From the NCBI GenBank assembly GCA_046537875.1, contig JBKHJZ010000002.1, positions 50 through 64,049 on the forward strand: DNA of 64,000 bases, written 5' to 3'. The stretch's first letter is position 1. Every line of letters begins with the position of its first letter. Source of the DNA: Acidimicrobiia bacterium (lineage in GTDB: Bacteria > Actinomycetota > Acidimicrobiia > Acidimicrobiales > VFJN01). The position numbers were made by a program, and so were the translations under genes. The notes beneath the pieces are model-generated. The model worked only from the letters and a program-made list of their open reading frames with translations. It was not told where the DNA came from and ran no database searches. Positions 59,964-64,000 of the stretch are shown here, one piece after another.

Positions 59964-61373
59964 TCAGCCTGCGACCGCGTCCGCGTCGGGCAGGACCTCC
60001 GACCGCCGGTGAGGCCGGGCCGCACCGGCCCGGCGACCCGCGCCGGACCTCCCCGGCTGCGACACCGTCCAGCGGAACCGGGGAGGGCGGTGCTGCTGGG
60101 GTCCGAGCCGCTGCTCCAGCGGCGGGGTGAGGCGCCGGACCCACGCGTGCGGCCCGAGGAAGGCCGACTCGAGCTGCTCGGGCGTGGCGCCCGGAGTCAC
60201 GCCGGCCGCACCGAGAACCGCGGCCCGCACCCGTGCGAGAGGACCGTCGAGCAGCTCCGCGACGACGGCCGGCAGCACCTCCGGGTCCTTCAGGACCCAC
60301 GAATGGCTGCCGCCCTTGATCGTGACGAGGGTCCCCCCGGATCGCCGGGCGGCGTCGACGGCCGTCGCGTACGGGACGGCGAGGTCCCGGTCGCCGTGGA
60401 CCACCACCACCGGCGTCCCGGCATCCCGGAGGCTCTCGAGCATCTCCGTGGTGCCCGGCGAGCGGATCAGCGAGACCGCGGGACCCAGCATGCGCCACGG
60501 CCGGCGGAGGTTGCCGAGCATCGTCGGCAGGGCGAGCCGGCCGAGCTTGGCGGCCTGGCGGCGATCGCGCACCCACGGCAGCGTCGCCAGCGAGTCGAGC
60601 ACCAGCAGCGCCGCCACCCCGCCGAGCAGGGGCGGGGCCACCCGGGCGGTGGTGACCAGGCGGTCCCAGCACTCGCCCACGGCGGCGTCGATGAGCACCA
60701 CCGCGATCGCCCGGTCGGGGTTCTCGGCCGCCAGCTCGGTGACCAACCGCCCGCCCATCGAATGGCCGGCGAGCACTGCCCGCCGCACGCCCAGCTCGTC
60801 GAGCGCCCGGCCGAGGAGCGCGGCGTAGGCGTCCAGCCGGTGACCGCCGGTGGGCAGGCCGTGCGTGCTGCCGTGCCCGGCGACGTCGATGGCGATGACC
60901 TTGAACCCCATGTGGACGAGCCGCGACAGGGTCTGGGCGTAGAGGATCCCCTCGGCGGTGAACCCGTGCACCAGCACGACGGGGACGCCCTGTCCGCAGA
61001 CCGAGACGCCGACCCGATGTGAGTCGTCGAGCACGATCTCGTGCCGGGCCAACCGTGGCACCGCCACCAGCTGGCCCGTGCCCGGTGCACGGCCGGTGGG
61101 ACCGAGGAGCGGTTCGCCCCGGCGTGCGCCGGCCGTACCGGGCCAGTCGGTCGTGGCCGCCCGGTGGTCGTGCCCGGTGTGCGCCGCCGCCCCGGTCGCC
61201 CCGGCTGCCCGGCTCTCCCCCGGCCGGTCGTCGCCGTCGGGGCTCAGCCGGAGGACCGGCGCCAGGTGCGGCGGCTCCGGCGTGCCGTCCTCGTCCGGTG
61301 GCACGTCACGGGCCGGGCGTCTGCCGGGACCGCTGCGCCTCGCGGGTCTGGCTGGCGTTCCGTCTCTGGCCAC
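59964..61373 (-). CDS. alpha/beta hydrolase with long low-complexity N- and C-terminal extensions
   Basis: VLVHGFTAEG, the nucleophile elbow GHSMGG, and later VHGDRD...GGSHSW. The true start is uncertain because the N-terminal ~110 aa are Pro/Arg/Gly-rich. Confidence 0.7.
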   Translation of the reverse strand: MARDGTPARPARRSGPGRRPARDVPPDEDGTPEPPHLAPVLRLSPDGDDRPGESRAAGATGAAAHTGHDHRAATTDWPGTAGARRGEPLLGPTGRAPGTGQLVAVPRLARHEIVLDDSHRVGVSVCGQGVPVVLVHGFTAEGILYAQTLSRLVHMGFKVIAIDVAGHGSTHGLPTGGHRLDAYAALLGRALDELGVRRAVLAGHSMGGRLVTELAAENPDRAIAVVLIDAAVGECWDRLVTTARVAPPLLGGVAALLVLDSLATLPWVRDRRQAAKLGRLALPTMLGNLRRPWRMLGPAVSLIRSPGTTEMLESLRDAGTPVVVVHGDRDLAVPYATAVDAARRSGGTLVTIKGGSHSWVLKDPEVLPAVVAELLDGPLARVRAAVLGAAGVTPGATPEQLESAFLGPHAWVRRLTPPLEQRLGPQQHRPPRFRWTVSQPGRSGAGRRAGAARPHRRSEVLPDADAVAG

Positions 61374-61517
61374 CTTGTTCGCCTCGCTGACCTCCGCCGC
61401 ACCCCAGCGGCGACGGATCGACCCTTACACCATACGGCGATGTGACCTGCGTCGCTTCGATACCCGGGCCGGCTGGACGCGATACGCGTCTGGATCGCAC
61501 GGAGCGCGGTGTCGGCG

Positions 61518-62477
61518 CTACCCCGACGAGAGGATGCGCCGGGCGTCGTCGCAGTCGCGGGCCATCTGCTCGATCAGCTCCTCGGCCGAGTCGAACATGA
61601 CCTCGCCCCGCAGGCGGGCCACGAAGCGCACGCGCGCGTGCTCGTCGTACAGCTCGCCCGAGAAGTCGTCCAGCAGATGGGCTTCGAGCAGGCTGGCGTG
61701 CGCCTCGATGTAGAAGGTCGGCCGGCGGCCGAGCGACAACGCCGCAGGGTGGACCTCGCCTCCCGGGCGCTCGTACCAGCCGGCGTAGATGCCGTCGGCC
61801 GGCAGCAGGATGTCGCCCGGGACCGAGAGGTTCGCCGTGGGGAACCCCAGCTCGCGGCCCCGCTTGTCGCCGTGCGCCACCAGGCCCCTGACCTCGTAGG
61901 GCCGACCCAGCAGGTCGTTCGCCAGCCCGATGTCGCCCTCGACCAGGGCGTGGCGGATCCGCGTCGACGACACCCGGGACGTGTCGTCGGCCGGCCGGCC
62001 GTCCGGGCCGACGAGCTCGAGGCCCTCGACGTCGAAGCCCAGCTCGGCGCCCATCCGCCTGAGCAGCCCCACGTTGCCCCGGCGGCCGTGACCGAAGTGG
62101 AAGTCCTCGCCCACCACCACGAGCCTCGCACCGAGGCACACGACGAGAACCTCGTGCACGAAGTCCTCGGCGCTCTCCTCGCTGCGGGCCTCGTCGAAGG
62201 TGACGACCAGGCAGTAGTCGATGCCGGTCTCGGCCAGGAGCTCGAGCTTCTGGTCGAGGTCGGTGAGCAGGCGGGGCGCCGATTCCGGGCGGACCACCGA
62301 CGCCGGGTGCCGGTCGAAGGTCACCACCGCGCTGCGCAGGCCCCGGGCACGGGCCCGCTGCTGCACCTGCCCGATCACCGCCCGGTGCCCGAGGTGCACG
62401 CCGTCGTACGCCCCGATGGTCACCGCGGTGCCCTCAGGGGGGCGGGGGCACCGGGACTGGTCGCGGAGCACCTCCAT
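61518..62477 (-). CDS. ribF: bifunctional riboflavin kinase / FMN adenylyltransferase
   Basis: IGAYDGVHLGHRAVI, GEDFHFGH, and the kinase part GRELGFPTANL...G(I)YAGW. The ATG at 62475..62477 gives 319 aa. Confidence 0.9.
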   Translation of the reverse strand: MEVLRDQSRCPRPPEGTAVTIGAYDGVHLGHRAVIGQVQQRARARGLRSAVVTFDRHPASVVRPESAPRLLTDLDQKLELLAETGIDYCLVVTFDEARSEESAEDFVHEVLVVCLGARLVVVGEDFHFGHGRRGNVGLLRRMGAELGFDVEGLELVGPDGRPADDTSRVSSTRIRHALVEGDIGLANDLLGRPYEVRGLVAHGDKRGRELGFPTANLSVPGDILLPADGIYAGWYERPGGEVHPAALSLGRRPTFYIEAHASLLEAHLLDDFSGELYDEHARVRFVARLRGEVMFDSAEELIEQMARDCDDARRILSSG

Positions 62478-62975
62478 CGTGGCGGCAGCGTACCGGCCCC
62501 CGGTGGACCACCCGTCCCTCCGTCCGCCAGGTGTCCCCGGCGGGGCTGTACCCCGGTCCCCGGCGGCCATCAGGATCTGCCCGCGGGTGGCCCATCTGAC
62601 CTTCGCGGACAAGAGGGCGGCACGCGCGTTCCGGGGAGCTCGCTCTCGACGTGATCGACTCGGCCAACGCCCTCGAGCGACCTGAGCCGGGTGCCGGATA
62701 GCACGCCGGCTATCGCGCGATCACGAACCCCTGCGGAGCCGATTCGTGGTCGAGCTACGGGGCGCACTCGGCAGTGGCGTGCACCCCGAACCGCTCGACG
62801 AAGGCGACCTGTCGATGACCGTCGTGGAGAACGACGGGCCGCCATTGGTGACGGCCACGGCGGTCCTGGCCGCCATCGAGTGGCCACTGGTCACGCCGCC
62901 CTGAGGCGGCGAGCTCCCGGGGAGCTCCTCCGATCGCCGGAGAGCGGTCGGCTGCGCACATGGAAGGATCCCCTC

Positions 62976-63284
62976 ATGAGCAGCCTTGCTGAGCTTCAAG
63001 CGGAGATCGTTGCAGAGCGCGCGTCACGTGGCTTCACCAGCGATCCCGGGCGGCTCCTCGCGCTGCTGGTCGAAGAGGTTGGTGAAGTCGCACGTGAGCT
63101 CACGAAGACGTGGTCACCCAACGACGACGACTTCGAAGTGGAGCGCTTGGCGTGCGAGCTCGCGGACGTGCTCGTGCTCGTCTGCGCCCTCGCGTCAGCG
63201 CACGGTGTGGATCTCGACCACAGCGTCCGGCACAAGTTCTTCGAGGTCGACGCCGACCGCACCTGGAAGAGCGCACCGAAGTAG
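62976..63284 (+). CDS. small MazG-like nucleotide pyrophosphohydrolase
   Basis: The ATG at 62976 is preceded by GGAAGGA. EEVGEVARE ... ELADVLVLVCALA is the typical MazG EExxE...ExxD helix pair. It has noticeably more A/T-ending codons than its neighbours. Confidence 0.6.
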   Translation: MSSLAELQAEIVAERASRGFTSDPGRLLALLVEEVGEVARELTKTWSPNDDDFEVERLACELADVLVLVCALASAHGVDLDHSVRHKFFEVDADRTWKSAPK

Positions 63285-63475
63285 CAGCGACGAGGGCGTG
63301 CCACCGCCGGGAAGTGGAGCATCGCTGACCGGCACCGGGCGGCACGTCCGCCACGGTCTCGGCATCTGCACGTCGCGCGTTCTCGCACGTGTTCCCGGAC
63401 ACGACCGGCTTCGGCGGCTGGAACCGGGGTCCTCGATGGATCGCCCTCCGCGGCGGGCAGCGTCTTGGGCGTCGA

Positions 63476-64000
63476 TCAGCCCCGCGCCGGGCCTTTGCCG
63501 TTCGTTGCGTGGAGCTGCGCCACGAGGTCGGGGGACGCCACCTCGCGCCATGCGTCCTCGAGGAGCTCGGCGATCTCGGCGAGGTCCTCGGGTCCGCGGT
63601 GCTCCGACAGGCGGGTGATCACGGCACCGGGCTCGGTCGGGTCGCCGTAGTGCGGCGTGGTGAACCACCGGTCGGGTCGTGCAGCCAGCAGCTCGGGCCG
63701 CTGCTCGCAGCGGAGGATCACCAGCGTGCCCTCGTCGTCCGGCGGCAGGAGGTTGCCGGGCCGGTCGGCTTCGGGTGGGCCGAAGCGAGCGAAGCGCGTC
63801 TTCTTCTCGGTGCCGATGAGGAAGCCGGGGTCGTTTCCCCAGATCGGCCCCTCGGCCGCTCCCGGCAGGGCGAGGATGACCTCGCGTATGTCATCGAAGG
63901 TGATCGCTTGTCGCTCGGCCCAGCGGGCGCGGGCTCGCCGGTGCGCTGTCACTGCCGCCTTCGGCGCGCGTTCGACCCAGGCCGACTCGATGAGGTCGCG
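63476..64000 (-). CDS. hypothetical protein, possibly MmcQ/YjbR-like (5' end may lie beyond the right edge)
   Basis: The frame stays open from the first in-window start (GTG at 63952) up to position 64000, so the true start is unknown. The weak resemblance to YjbR-type proteins is by eye only. Confidence 0.35.
   Translation of the reverse strand, partial: RDLIESAWVERAPKAAVTAHRRARARWAERQAITFDDIREVILALPGAAEGPIWGNDPGFLIGTEKKTRFARFGPPEADRPGNLLPPDDEGTLVILRCEQRPELLAARPDRWFTTPHYGDPTEPGAVITRLSEHRGPEDLAEIAELLEDAWREVASPDLVAQLHATNGKGPARG

Overview
Very GC-rich, almost fully coding chromosomal segment with near-universal G/C at third codon positions. Most genes are on the minus strand. Gene content and order look like the conserved Actinomycetota backbone. 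I cannot assign a genus, and no database search was possible.

Gene order, left to right:
- partial secreted protein; APH-like kinase; PhyH dioxygenase
- nrdJ carrying an intein
- RibD-C-like reductase; nrdR and a LysM gene, divergent from lexA
- dapE divergent from dapD; repeat-tailed membrane protein; dapC
- hflX, dapF, miaA; DUF1918/DUF1876 protein; miaB
- ABC locus 1 (binding protein plus four-module fused importer)
- recA; thpR, cinA, pgsA, rimO
- ECF sigma factor plus partner protein; ftsK; fpg; rnj; dapA
- winged-helix protein; di-iron protein; two TetR regulators
- SURF1; acyl-CoA ligase; DedA-like protein
- ABC locus 2 (paralogous four-module fusion plus binding protein)
- DapA-like aldolase; acyl-CoA ligase; dapB; ABC-F ATPase
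- M16 peptidase, pnp, rpsO; alpha/beta hydrolase; ribF
- small island with atypical codon usage (MazG-like and YjbR-like genes)

I recognised no rRNA, tRNA, CRISPR array, transposase or integrase.

Most notable observations:
1. A 401-aa LAGLIDADG intein sits exactly in front of the catalytic finger-loop cysteine of NrdJ.
2. Two paralogous single-polypeptide LivH-LivM-LivF-LivG ABC importers have oversized binding proteins. One of them occupies the position downstream of recA where recX usually lies.
3. Four LexA boxes lie in the lexA / LysM-nrdR divergent region, and a LexA box fills the spacer of the recA promoter.
4. A TetR / di-iron oxygenase-like / winged-helix cluster lies next to dapA.
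5. A DapA paralogue lacks the aspartate-semialdehyde-binding arginine motif.

The many long ORFs antisense to real genes are treated as GC-content artefacts. Start codons are my best choices from in-frame starts, Shine-Dalgarno-like motifs and homologue N-termini, and several remain uncertain.
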